The notes under the pieces: model-generated
Databases searched by the model: none
Seen by the model: only the letters and a program-made list of their open reading frames with translations
What the model was told of the DNA's origin: nothing
Shown here: positions 23,840 through 37,075 of the stretch, in pieces
Layout of the letters: each line of letters opens with the position of its first letter
How positions within the stretch are numbered: position 1 is the first letter of the stretch
Made by a program: the position numbers and the translations under genes
Origin: Podarcis bocagei
Taxonomy: Eukaryota
Reading direction: 5' to 3' (one strand)
Length of the DNA: 64,000 nucleotides
NCBI GenBank assembly: GCA_964188305.1
Contig: OZ076889.1

Positions 23840-24910
23840 GTAAGGCCTTGCTCTGGCCGCCCCATCTTCCCCGCATCGCCCCCATCCTGCGCCTGGCCGG
23901 CCCGGCTCCTCACTTTGCTACGCCTGGGCGCCTTGCTCTTCCTCCCTGCCAGGCTCGTTTTGGCCGGAGGGGAGTCGGAGATGGAAAACGGGGCATGGAT
24001 GCGGGGCGGGGATTGGGTGCCCGGCTGGAAGGCGGCAGTTTGTTAAGCCAGGCCGCGGCTCCCCTAGAGTTAGAGTGCGTGTGGGCTTGGGAGACTTAAC
24101 ACTAGCTTAGCCCTCGCGCCCGTCTCCCTCGAGGAGCACGTGCATGGTATATAATAAGCCGATGGTAAAATGGAAGTTGTGTGTCCGTGAACGTGTTCTG
24201 CAAAGAAGCAAAGCAGGGAGTGGTGAGAGGTCGTTTTAGGGCTTTAAATGAAGACAGAGTTAGGCTAATGATAAAAATGGGGACTTTGCTAGGGAAACTT
24301 TTATGTGAAACTATCTTAATAGCCTGAGGCATAGTTATTTGGAAGAAAGCCTCATTGAGTTGAATGGGGTAAATAAGTATACAGTATCCAAGATTACAGC
24401 TTTCAAGTCAAAAGTTCTCAATATCATCAAACTTTACTCTTGCTGTAATGGTTAGTGGAGGCTGCATAGAGCACCTGGTTTATACGGAACTTGCTTTTCT
24501 GAGTATTCTGCATGGATGTTGCCAGAGAAAGTGTAGGTCAGTGCAAAGGGTCCCATGTTCAATTCATATCAATATTTTAAAGAATCGGGTGGTAGATAAT
24601 GAATAGAGAGAATACTTTATGATTAATAGGGTTACTTCCTGATACACTTAAGAGATGATGCTACAGGGCTAAATGGACAAAGTCTGATTTGGTATAAGGC
24701 AGTTTGCTATGACAGGTCTTGTCTAGCGTTGCTTAAATTGAGGTATACAACATTTTAATGTAAGCTTAAGTGTGCACCATTTCTTTCATACTCTTCAGCT
24801 TCCAACAGAGCAGTAAAATAATGTGCTGGGTTGCTTTGTACCATTTTCTTGAGTGTGTGTGTGTGTGTGTGTTAACTTTGAAGTAAAAAAGGGTGGCTCT
24901 TTAAAATTGA

Positions 24911-25123
<213 letters not shown>

Positions 25124-25687
25124 TGAGTTGCACCAGTGGTAGCATAACCAACATTTTCTGAATGCTGTTCATCTTTTGAAAAATAACTCTAACCAATCCA
25201 GGTCAAGGCTTCTGTGCTTCTAATAGTTGCATAGAAGAAGTGAGTGCAGGAAGTGCAACTTTCACGTCCCTGAAAGATCTTTGCAGTAAATAATTTTAAA
25301 TTGGGTCCTAAGTTGCCAATTGGAATTAAGAGTTGAGTTCTGGATCTGAAAAGGTTGAAAGCTAGGCTAGTTAGGTAGGGAAGCCTAAAATGCCTAACAG
25401 TTTTATTAACATAGTGGTAGGAAGAAAGGGAATACCAAATACTTGCCATATTTTACAGAACGCTTACATAAACATCTGCAATCTCATTATACAACATAAT
25501 CCATCTTTTAAAACTGGCGATGATTTGTTCCCCTCTCCCCATCCCTAATGATGAGCTGCCTTTGCCACTAATGTTTGCATGTAGAGTTCAAGATGTAGAA
25601 AGTTGTTAGTGTTAATTAACGTTATTAAGAATTGCTGTGAACAAATAAGTATTAACGATAATTATAACTAGACTTATATCTTCTTAG

Positions 25688-25867
<180 letters not shown>

Positions 25868-26134
25868 TAATTTACATTACTTGCTTGGATTTGCTGTTGA
25901 CGTAGTGTCCAGAATTGCTTTCCTTGGATGAAGCATTTTGGCAAAAGCACTTGGATTTGTGAACGTGATTCTCACAAAGTCCTCTAGATCTGAAGACTAG
26001 GACACAAACATTTAAGTATTTCTGCTGGGATGTGCCTTCAACTATGTGAATGCACCGTTACAGAAGGACAAGTGTCTGATAGGTTGCAGGTACTATGAGT
26101 TCAACTTGTACAAATTACTAGGCCATTGACTTTA

Positions 26135-26202
26135 GGAATCAGAATTGTTGAGGTGGAAGGGGCCCCAAGGGCCATCTAATCCAATCCCCTGCAATGCAGG
26201 AA
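26135..26202 (-). mobile_element. Short CR1 3' end
   Basis: AGAATTGTTGAGGTGGAAGGGGCCCCAAGGGCCATCTAATCCAATCCCCTGC resembles the element at 2995. Confidence 0.6.
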
Positions 26203-26715
26203 TGGAACAGTTTATTGCATTCATTTGTATTTTGCTAACTAAGGCTCCTTACCACTATTCATTTCTACATCCAAGACAGCTATATTTTATTGGAGCTAAA
26301 TTAAGGGAGCACAGTGTTAAGAAGCCTGACTTTGCCAAATATATTTCAGGGCTGGAAATGGAGGTGTTTCATTATCCTTGTAGGTGTGAATCTATTGGAG
26401 ACATTGTATCTTAGAAAACTCTACATTTTAATGAAATGTTTCTAGCTTAATTTACCTTTAGGTTGTCCAGGTGAATCAGTCCTAAAAAGTCTCTTTGGTC
26501 ATATAAGCACGGTCATAAGAATGATACTGGTCAGACTGCTAACTTTTGTTTTGCCTTGAAGAGAAAATAATTTAAACTTGCCACATCAAGGCCATGTACA
26601 GTTTTGAACTGTGACACATTCAGCAGAGTTCTGTTTGAATTTATTTCCTATGGCTTTTACACATGCTTTGCACTCTCATGTTGACATATTGAATAAGCTT
26701 ACAGGCAGTTGTATA

Positions 26716-26965
26716 CAGTCATACCTTGGAAGTCGAACAGAATCTGTTCCGGAAGTCTGTTTGACTTCCAAAATGTTCAGAAACCAAAGCGCAGCTTCTG
26801 ATTGGCTGCAGGAAGCTCCTGCAGCCAATCAGAAGCCGCGGAAGCCCTGTTTAACGTTTGGGTTCCAAAGAATGTTTGCAAACCGAACACTCACTTCTGG
26901 GTTTGTGGTGCTTGCGAGCCAAAATGTCTTAAGTACCAAGGCGTTCAGGATCCAAGGTACGACTT
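26716..26965. mobile_element. Tc1/Mariner-type MITE in RPS10 intron 3
   Basis: TA-flanked TIRs CAGTCATACCTTGG / CCAAGGTACGACTT; internal palindrome GCTTCTGATTGGCTGCAGGA...TCCTGCAGCCAATCAGAAGC. Confidence 0.8.
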
Positions 26966-27776
26966 TACTTGATTAGGTGATTCTTACATATTTGATAGTG
27001 CATTCAGTTATTAGCGGAGTGTTGCTGCTATAGATTCATCTGTCACAATAGCATAGGTCTCTTGGATCTGTTTTCAGGTTCATCCAGCTGTAAGCCCAAC
27101 CATGTACAGAATTTTGACCATGACCGATACCCAATAGATGAAAATCTAGTCTGGTTTTAAATGTACAAGGGAGGCAACTGCTTGGGATATAACAGCCATG
27201 TACTGCCTGCTTTATGACAAGTGACTTTGTGTGTATCAACTTACCTTGCCAATAGAGAATTCACTGTAAGTTTAGCATTCAACACTACCAGGAATTCAGG
27301 CCCACGGGTTGAAGGCAGTGACGGTTGCTCATGCCTCAAATAATGCTTAGATCATAGTGAAGGTGATTGTTCTGTTTTTATCCACCTTCTTTCTAGTATA
27401 TCTCATTTCATTCTCAGTTGTAGCCTTAAAGTAGTGCATTGAGTTGCCAAATTGTGTTGCTCAAGTCTACCTGGTGAGTTGCATGTTTTGGTAGTTTGAA
27501 GCATAGATCTCCATTGAATTGAAAGACTTTTTTTTCAAAATGGTTAAGAGTGGTCCAAATGGTTTAGCTTTCAGCTGAACTGTTAGAAAAATAGCACTTT
27601 TCAAGGGAGAAATGTATTTGGTATTTTTGAAGTCCTTTACCTTGTAATAAAAATGTTCTATCAACACACTGGTACACAATGTGGTTAATAAATACTACTG
27701 ACTTAATTTTAAATAATATATACGTTTTTGAAGAACAGCTTAAAACTCTATGACTGTTAAGCTGAAAGCTTCTTGA

Positions 27777-27941
<165 letters not shown>

Positions 27942-28467
27942 TAGCTTTTCATTTATTTAAAATGAGATAGTATTGAAGTTTGGAGGAAATTAGCATGTAT
28001 TGGCTAGCCTTGGGAACCAGCCAAAATGTGGTTGCTGGTACCTAGGAACCTTCCCCTATTGGGAGTTGGACAGTCTCTGAATATGAGCGCATGAGCAGGG
28101 TAGCGCAGCACAGCCCTAATCCTGGGCTTTTGCGATAATCCTTCCAGTTGTGCTTTGGACTTGCGCTAAGATAAAAAGTGAAGTGTGACATAATGGTACA
28201 ATTCCCCTCTGCTTATATTCTAAACTGGTGGGAAGGTTGGCTGGGCTTGTCAAGCTTCCCAGAGTAGGAAAGGGATACTGCCAGGGCAAAAGCATTTGTA
28301 GGGCAGGAATATTGTATTTATGCAATCAACTTGCATAAGTAATGTATGCCTAAATAATATCTTGACTGTTAGCATTCTGATACTTTAAAAACGCTTTCAA
28401 AGATTATAGATACGTCTCTACGTGGTACTCCTTGCCTTGAATAATGTGGAGTGTTTTTTCTTCTCAG

Positions 28468-28523
28468 CTGGTGCTGACAAGAAGGCAGAGGCTGGAGCTG
28501 GGTCAGCTACTGAATTTCAGTTT
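28468..28523 (+). CDS. RPS10: RPS10 coding exon 4 (56 nt)
   Basis: (P)GADKKAEAGAGSATEFQF; ends in phase 0 at TTT|GTAAGT. Confidence 0.99.
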
Positions 28524-29606
28524 GTAAGTATATATAGAATATTTAATTTTATGCAAATGCTTAAAAGAACATGTAAGCGCCTCTGACCAAAATCAGACAC
28601 TTTCATATCTTCCTTGTTGAGTTGGCAACAGTATTGCAGGCACAATTACATGTATTTCAGGCTTCTCTTTATATTGCTGGGGTAATAATATGGATGGCAC
28701 ATGCTAATAAAGCTATCTTCTGAGTACAATATGAATTCTAAAACAGCATAGGGTGATGATGATTAGGCAGCACAGACTCCAGGCAAACTGTAGTCATCGG
28801 CAGCTAGTCCCACATAATAACCCAGAAGCAGGCACATGTCCCCATTCCATTGAAAAATGCATCTGGCTAGTTTGGGGTCACCAATGCAGATAGAAATGGG
28901 GAGCCAAATATTCATGGGCAGTAAGTGCAGGTGTCTTCCCATGTGAGAATCTCTCTTGCTAGAGTTGCTGGATTAGACAATGGGGACAGCTGCTATTTTT
29001 GCAAATAACATATTTCATGAATAATAAAAGATAGCAAAATGTTGCCAGTGTAAATCTGGGATTAATATTGAGCTACCTAACTTTCTCCTAAGGTTTTTCA
29101 TTTGTTGGTTTTTTACATTGTCACGTTGCACCTTGTAAATTCTTTATTTCCTAACCTAACACAATTTTATTTATGGCAAATTGATCCCTATGCAGTATGC
29201 ATGCCCTGCCAGATAAATGCTGGTGTTTTTCAACTACTTGATAGCTTAAATGCATTGCTATGCAGTGTATTCACTTGTCCAATTTGGTGTAGAAATTTTG
29301 ATAACACTTGACCTAGGCTCTCATTGACTAGAATAATTGAACTTGTGTCTGAGCTACAGCTTGCCTGCTTTTCACCTGTATGCTCTCCAGGCCTTCTTTA
29401 TAGATAAGTGCCTTTGAATGGCCTTCTTGTACATATAAATGATGTTTTGTTGCGCTTTGGCCCCCATTTTGCCTATCTTAGAATTCAGGTAACTTCTGTT
29501 ATTTTTAGCAGTGAGAAGAGGCAGTGATGAATCATGCCAATGAATGAAATGTGTTGTAGTTGTGGGTGCACTGATAATGTTTTCTTTTTCTTTTTTTGAT
29601 TTACAG

Positions 29607-29648
29607 AGAGGTGGCTTTGGGCGTGGACGTGGTCAACCACCTCAGTAG
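29607..29648 (+). CDS. RPS10: RPS10 last coding exon (42 nt)
   Basis: RGGFGRGRGQPPQ*; the exons sum to 498 nt = 165 aa plus stop. Confidence 0.99.
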   Translation, partial: RGGFGRGRGQPPQ

Positions 29649-29681
29649 AAATCTATTGCTGTTTGGTTGCATCTTGTGTAT

Positions 29682-29687
29682 AATAAA
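29682..29687 (+). terminator. RPS10: RPS10 polyadenylation signal
   Basis: AATAAA 33 nt after the stop codon, T-rich downstream. Confidence 0.85.
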
Positions 29688-30704
29688 TAGGTGAAAAATG
29701 CACTTTGTAGCTTTGAATCATTTAATTATGAAGCTTAATGGGTGAAATAATTGCTTGTTTTAAAATGTGGAGGATAAACCCCAAAACATAATAGGAATGA
29801 TGTGTAAGATGACATGTGGTATCTTGACTATTTACTTTAAAAGACAGATATCAAATCCTTGTGGCTCTTTCTAAGACTCCTAACTTGAAGAAAATGGGAA
29901 AGGATTTCTTGATGTCAGAGGGATGAAGCATTAATTGTTGGTATACTTATCTTCCTTATCTTATGGCCATTCTTCCCTGATTATGTTCCCCATCTAACTG
30001 GAGTCTCCATGTTATCCTCTTTGCCTCTAGATGCAATCATCATTATCTTGCCTCCTGAAATTTGATTAAGTTGTGCAGAATGAATTGAAATTTTATATAC
30101 AATTTGTTCTGGCCTTAAATTTCAGGCTTGCATAGTTCACAACTTCGTGGATTGATGTGCCACTTAGCAGTCAATGTAATCATAGTTGGGCATCATTGTC
30201 CCACAAAAAGTAAAAGCAGTCATTAACACTATTTCTTGCTTGACCTCGGTCCTGTTAGGGGGGAAAATTAGAAAAAGGCAAACAATTTAATGGGACATAT
30301 TTCTAGATATGTTTTGTGCATAGGATTGCTGTATTGGCTTTATAGTTTTTTTAAAAGCTTTGATTAACAGGACAGGCTGCTATATTTAGCAAGCTTGTGA
30401 TTCAATCAACCGAGCATAAAAAGCTTTGCTACAGTATTGGGATGTATTTGTAATTGGGGGTTGTTGGAAGTATAGTCTCTCCTGTCCCTGAGGCTTGGTT
30501 CCATCCATTAAACTCCACAAAAGCTCACAATCTCCACTTTACTGATGGAGAACTGAAAATGAGATAGTGGACCAAGCATTTGCCAGTAACAACCATTTGG
30601 AGAGAACTGGAAGAAAAAGTGAGCAGCGAATATATGAAACCTTTTCTATTTATGAATTAGAAGTGTAAGGTACTATAGAATGCAGTTCTTAAATAAGGTT
30701 GCCA

Positions 30705-30940
30705 GACGAAATTAATCCGTTCCACGAGTCTCTTCATCTTGCGGTTTTTTCGTCTTGCGAAGTACTGCTATTAACGGCTTAGCGGCTTAGGGGCTTTAAG
30801 AAAAAGGAAACAAACTCGTAAGAACTCACAAGACGTTTCGTCTTGTGAAGCAAGCCCATAGGGAAATTTGTCTTGCAGAACGACTAAAAAACGGAAAACT
30901 CTTTCGTCTTGCGCGTTTTTCGTCTTGCAAGGTACCACTG
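30705..30940. mobile_element. Partial Tigger-like MITE
   Basis: Repeated TTCGTCTTGCG units; terminus AGGTACCACTG|TA. Confidence 0.7.
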
Positions 30941-31126
30941 TAGTTTCACCAGTAGATGCTGAACAATGTGAAAGTAGGGTATGATTTTTTTATATATAAA
31001 ATAAGTATAGCTGAGTTACGGCGTTTAGCATGCCAACCATGTTTGCCTTTTACTATTTAATACCCATTTTACATAGAAGAGTGTTTGCTGTTGTAAAGCT
31101 GGAGGAAATTGGTCTAGTGTCCAGTA

Positions 31127-31300
31127 CAGTGGTACTTGTGAACACGATCAGTTCTGGGGTGCCGTTCGTACCCGAGAAGTCCGCAACTAGAGCGGCGCTT
31201 CTGCACAAGCACATAGCGCGATAGAGTGCTTCTGTGTATGCATGCACAATGAAGGGTTTGCCGCGTTCGCAAGCCGAAAAGACAATATGAACGTAACACA
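31127..31300. mobile_element. Partial Tigger-like MITE
   Basis: TA|CAGTGGTAC terminus and CpG-rich body; right end unclear. Confidence 0.55.
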
Positions 31301-33452
31301 ACATGAAGTATGACTATACTGGGCAGTCCTTTACATGCTTCTTGCGTATATCTCGAGAACCATGATGCCATTGGTGCTAATGACCTGCTTTTTGCACAGT
31401 GTGGTGATGATATCCTGCTTATAGGTGCTACTTTGTTCTGGGCTCTTTAGAAGTCTGGAGACATTATTGGAAATCCCCAGCTTTCCTTTTTGGTGTGATA
31501 TAAGGTGTTAAGGCGGAATGAGATCTCTGAAGACCATGCTCTCAGCCCGTCTGTTATTTTAACATTTATATTTCACATTTCCTCCAAGAAATTCAATGTG
31601 GTGTACATGGTTCTCCTCCCTATTTTATTCTCATAGCAAACCCATGAAGGATAGGTTAGGTTGAGAGACAGTGTCAGGATCATATGCTTGTGAAGATAGG
31701 CTTAAGTATGTGAGTAATAACCAGGGTTTTAGGACAGTAACAAATTGACAGTTGTGCATTGAGTACAGAATTTGGTGTCTTGAAGAAATTTGCATTGTGA
31801 TTTTAAAGGACTAGATAGAGGTTCCAGTGGTGAGACAGGATTCTTCTGCTCTGCATAATTCCTGGTCCCTTCTCAAGACTTGCAAAAGCAGAATAAATCA
31901 CACAATGCATACAGTATATACCAGGGTGGGAAATGTAAAGTCATGGGGCCATATGCAGCCCTCCAAGCCTCTATTGGGAATCTTTGCAGGTCACGCCCCA
32001 CTTTCGCAGACCACATGTTAAGCTGCCTGATTAGAATGTGTCCTTAAACATGCCTCTTGCTTGTCTGGGTGAAGAATGAAAATATGCATATGTGTAGAAA
32101 TCTGACTTGTGTTGCTGGAATATCTGCTTCTTTGACTCACACACTTTTTCTGTTCACCCTGTCCACACTTGCATGTAGCCCCTAGAAATTGCCCATGAAG
32201 GAATGTGGCTCTTGAAAAAGGTTTTCCATCTCTGATTCACACATACACATACCTCCCAGAATTCAGCTCTTGACTCTCCCCAACTTGCACAGAGCATAAT
32301 GGCTCTGCATGTTAACTTTTCTGTGGTTGGTAATGTTGTGCTCCAACTCAATAGATTTTATTCTTTTCCAGCATCATTACTGAAATGCAATTAAACACAG
32401 TATTAACGAGGCTATAACAAGAAGTACAAATATATCAGCAGGCAAACATGGTTTAATGTTTTCTCTCTGCATTTTGTATTAGGGCTATGTCAAAATACAC
32501 AGTGAGATGCAACTGTTTTCAGATTTGTGTTGCTAGTTTTAAAAATGTGCTCCCTGCTTAGATTGGGAAAGTTGGCATGCTTTCTAGTACTATGTAATGA
32601 GATGGATGTCCAGAGGGCATTTCTTTTGCTGCTTTGTCAGTGACAGTCTGGTGGTTTTAAGATTTTTTTCTAAATCTCAAAACGGTTTGAGCTTTTTGTG
32701 CTCATGGAATTGTCTACTGAATCACTATTGGGCTAAATATATAGTGTGTGGATTGCATACTGTGGCGTAATGCTCCATTAGGAAGTGTTTCCACCCATCT
32801 CAGGATGTCACTGAGTTGCACTAGATAAACCCACACCTAGCATGATCTGAGGCAAATGAAAACATCCCCCACTTCCCGCAACACAACATTGATCTCCAGT
32901 TATTTTCAGAACAAGATGAGGGCCCATCCTATGCACTGGGTCTGCTTTCCATTAGGAAATGCTTCTCCCCCAGCTGGTACCTGGGCTTGTGGCCCAAAAG
33001 CCAGCTGGAGATAGAATTCAGAGGCATCCTTATCCATTAATGGAATCATAATCTGGAAATTACTTTGTTGGTGACAGCAACAGTGAGTTTTCCACATTAT
33101 TTACAAGAACAGTCACAGTACTAAATTGAAACCCTGTTGGTGGGTTCAATTTGTAGACTCAGTATTTTCACATCTCTTTCCCCCCAAAGGGACATGTGTT
33201 AGTGTGTTTCAAAAAGTTTTTGGTGCTTATTTCAAATTTAGGGGATATCTTGTACCTCCCAAGTTTTCTGCCCTGTCCTGGGTAACATAGGGCTTCATAG
33301 TATTCGACAGTCTTTCCTTTACTCTTGGATCCTCAAGGAGGTGGCCTTTAAGAAATTTTACGAGGACTTCAGTAGCTTTCATTTCCCCATCAGTTCACAC
33401 AAGAGATTTAATTTTTGGACATCTCATTTACATTCCTTTATCAAGTAGAATA

Positions 33453-33693
33453 CAGTGGTACCTCGGGTTAAGTACTTAATTCGTTCCGGGGGTCTGTTCT
33501 TCACCTGAAGCACCACTTTAGCTAATGGGGCCTCCTGCTGCCGCCGCGCCGTCGAAGCACGATTTCTGTTCTTATCCTGAAGCAAAGTTCTTAACCTGAA
33601 GCACTATTTCTGGGTTAGCAGAGTCTGTAACCTGAAGCGTATGTAACCTGAAGCATATGTAACCTGAAGCATATGTAACCCGAGGTACCACTG
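33453..33693. mobile_element. Tc1/Mariner (Tigger-like) MITE
   Basis: Perfect TIRs CAGTGGTACCTCGGGTTA / TAACCCGAGGTACCACTG with TA on both sides. Confidence 0.9.
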
Positions 33694-34654
33694 TATACCA
33701 CAGGATCCGTTGGGCTACAGTACAATCTCTACACTCCAACTGCATTTATTTTTCTTTCCTGGACAAGGCCTTAAACTTGAACTCCTCCCACCCAAGTACT
33801 CTTAAAGCTACGCTGAATGAAATTCAGTGAAAATGAATTTCAGTGAAATGAAGGAACAGACTGGCAAAGCCAGATGAACCTAGGAGCTGCCTGCAACAGA
33901 ACAGTCCCGAAGAGAAGGTGACAGAACACCATTAATCACCTATAGCTTTCAGCTAAAAAGATTCTGACATCGGGAGCTCATTCTGTATAAATTACAGGTT
34001 TTGGGTAGTAGCATTCTCACACGCTCCCTTAATATAAGGTCAGGGTGGGGAACCTTTTTCAGCTTGAAGCCCGCATTCTCTTCTACTTAAACCCTTTTCT
34101 ATCCTCAATCCAGGCAAGCAAGACATCAAAGTTAAAGGAGAAATTCAAGCAAGCCAAAAACTTGAGTGTGTGAAGCAGGGCTGTAGCTTGGGTGAAGAGA
34201 TACCGACAGAGACCTGGGCTGCATTTGCTGACCCTCACACCCAGTCTGAGGTTCCCTACTGATGTAGGAGCTGGGCATTTTTTGTTACTTAACTTACTTT
34301 TTAATTGTATACTGTTTTAAGCTATTTGTATGCTGCTCAGATATTTCATATGGTGGAAAGGCTGATAACAGTCTTGCAAAATAAATCCGTTAGTCATACC
34401 ATCAGGGACTTGCCTTCCAGTGTGAAATGCCACATCATCTACCAATAATGACCTTTTGCTTTCCTCACAAGTTACAAAACAGGTTAAGCTCTCTGAAAAA
34501 GAATGGACACAGTAGTAATGTTCAGCTACTGGGGGGACATATTTAGGGTGGCTAGGGCACACTCATGTCATGGGTGCTGTTTTAATTCAGTAATTCCTTC
34601 AATGGGAAGTTCTAGTATGAAATTATTGAATTAGGATTTCAGTAAATCTATTCA

Positions 34655-34758
34655 GTTTTATTCTGTTTTTAATGTTTTGTTGAAAGCCGCCCAGAGTGGC
34701 TGGGGAAACCCAGCCAGATGGGTTGGGTAGAAATAGTAAATTATTAACTATTATTATT
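34655..34758 (+). mobile_element. Short LINE/SINE 3' end (inverted copy at ~42805-42900)
   Basis: AAGCCGCCCAGAGTGGCTGGGGAAACCCAGCCAGATGGG followed by an (ATT)n-like tail. Confidence 0.6.
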
Positions 34759-36309
34759 CTTGCCCTATTGTAGATTACTGTTACTACCAGCTACTGTTGT
34801 TGTGACTGGATCACACTAGTCTTGTAGTATACATCTGGGTTTTGTGTAGAAATGCCACTTGATTGGGAGAAAGGCTCATAAATTGTGGAACTTTCTTCCA
34901 AGTAAATCCATGTATTAGTCTTTAAAGGTACACAAGCACACAATAGAAGTATTGTGGTATAACATACATAGGTGACCTGAAATAGTCTCGCTGTCATTCA
35001 AAGGCAGCACTGCCTTTACATTGTGGTCAGCTAAATATAATTCTTAGTGCAAAAGTCTATTCTTACTTTACATTTCCCCTTTTGGTTGCAGCGTATACAT
35101 GTATCATCACTCTAGATATAGTCTAGGATTTTAGTCATCAGTTATAAGTGCAATTGTTTTGGCTGATGTAGTTTATTCTTTAGAATTCTTTGAGTTTCCC
35201 TAACAAGGTTAGCTGCTGTTCAGATAACATAGGTATTATTAATGCTACTCATTTTGAACTTGTGCTTTATGAAGTCAACAAGAGGAACTGACACTTATAG
35301 GGCATAGTCAGCCCCTCTGGCATGCATGGACACTCAATGCTATGCTTTTGACTGAAAAGTAAAAACAGGTTTAATGGCGAAATGGAGGGTATGCACAGGC
35401 TTCCCATTTAATATAACAGCATGATGCAGTGTCAGCATATCATGAAGGCAGGAGGAAGAAACACAGCTTTTACCTCATGTGCTATGGGAATCCCTTCAGG
35501 TTTGGACATTGCATCCACAGTGGACTGGCAGAAGATCTCTTATTTCTGATTTATATGGATGCCTGCAACAAAGAAAGGCTGCAATCTCACATACACTGAA
35601 CCTAGGAGTAAATCCCATTTTCTTTAAATAGGGCTTCAGGGTTGACACACATAGGATTTCACTATAAGCCATCAGTATGTTAATGACACTCAGTTCTATA
35701 TCTCCATAACATCTGAATCAAGAGAACTTGTGTAGGTCCTGGACTAGTGCCTGAGTGCAGGGTGGGCTTGAATCCTGTCAGGATGAAGGTGCTATTCAGA
35801 AAGTGGCCAGCTGCTTGCCCTGGATGGAGTTGTATTTCCCCTGAAGTAACAGGTATGCAGCTTTGTCAATTGAGGCCCAGCTGGCCTTAGTGGCTAGGAA
35901 TGCCTTCGGCTCGTATGACAATTGCACCAGTTGTGGGATAGCTTAACCACAGTAGTAGTAGACAGGAACTAGATTTACTGCACAATGCTGCAGCCCAATT
36001 ACTGACAGGACTAAGTCCCCCTTCCACACTTGCTTGGAGAGCTACCTTGAACTCAGCAGCTTGGGACCAGTTTACGAAGGATTGCCTTACCACATAAGTG
36101 TCCATTTTGATCTGTGGAAGTGATACATTTTGATAAATGTATCTACCTGCTTTTAAAGTTCTGAGTTTGTTGGTATTAGGTATTTTTTTGTATTGCTTCA
36201 AGTAAACGACTTAAGAGGTTTTTGTTGATTAAGCGATATATAAACCGTGTTAAATAATAAATAATGAAATGTTTGCATGCTAGACAGTACATAAAATCTG
36301 TACTTTTAA

Positions 36310-37075
36310 CATGGGGCCATTGTGTCCACTTAAGTTTGGGGGGCCTTTTTAACCTATAAAGCCTTATGTGACTCAAGGACCACCTCTCACCAAAACCAGG
36401 CTGGACCTCAGAACCAACATGGACCTTGCAATCATCATCTGGGCCCTTCCTCATGTGCTCCCTCCTCAGGAACTCCATAGGGTGGCAACATGAGAATAGG
36501 ACTGTTCAGTGGTGGTAATCCACTTGTGGAATGCTCTCTCTGGGAGGCTTGCCTGGTGCCATTAATACATAGCTTTAAGTGCTAGGCAAAAGCATTTCTT
36601 TTCACCAGGCCTTTGGCTCTTATCCTGGCCCAACTGCACTGGCTACCAATTAGTTTCCGGGCCAAATTCAAAGTGCTGGTTTTGACCTATAAAGCCTTAA
36701 ATGCTTCAGGACTGCAAAATCTCAAGGCCCACCTCTCTGCATATTAACTGACCTAGACCCTGCAATAATAATCTGAGGCCCTTCTTCATGTGCCGCCTCT
36801 GTGAGAAGTCTGGAGGGTGGCAACACGAGAACGGGCCTTTTCTGCGGTGGCTCCCCATTTGTGCAATGCTCTCCCCAGGGTGGCTTGCCTGATGCCTTTG
36901 CTATACATCTTTAGGCGCCAGGTGAAAACATTCCTCTTCTTCCAGGCCTTTGGCTAATTAAACAATCTATGGCCTTTTAAATTGTGTGTAGGGTGGGATT
37001 TTTTTTGTTATAGTATGTTTGTATTTTAAACTGCCCTGTGGTTTTCAAATAAAGGGTGGTATAGGTATTTAATTA
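36310..37075 (+). mobile_element. Two tandem L2-clade 3' fragments
   Basis: Second unit encodes LHWLPISFRAKFKVLVLTYKAL; both units share ACCTATAAAGCCTTA...GGGTGGCAACA...CCAGGCCTTTGGCT. Confidence 0.75.

Noticed and set aside
23665-24099. Overlapping ORFs at the RPS10 promoter and at the NUDT3 island (38925-39729, antisense)
   Set aside because: By-products of GC-rich, stop-poor CpG islands; no protein family similarity
29521-29580. C/D-box-like pair (GTGATGA ... CTGA) in the last RPS10 intron, suggesting a snoRNA
   Set aside because: Only ~50 nt long, no terminal stem, and just ~32 nt from the 3' splice site; CACTGAT fits better as the branch point
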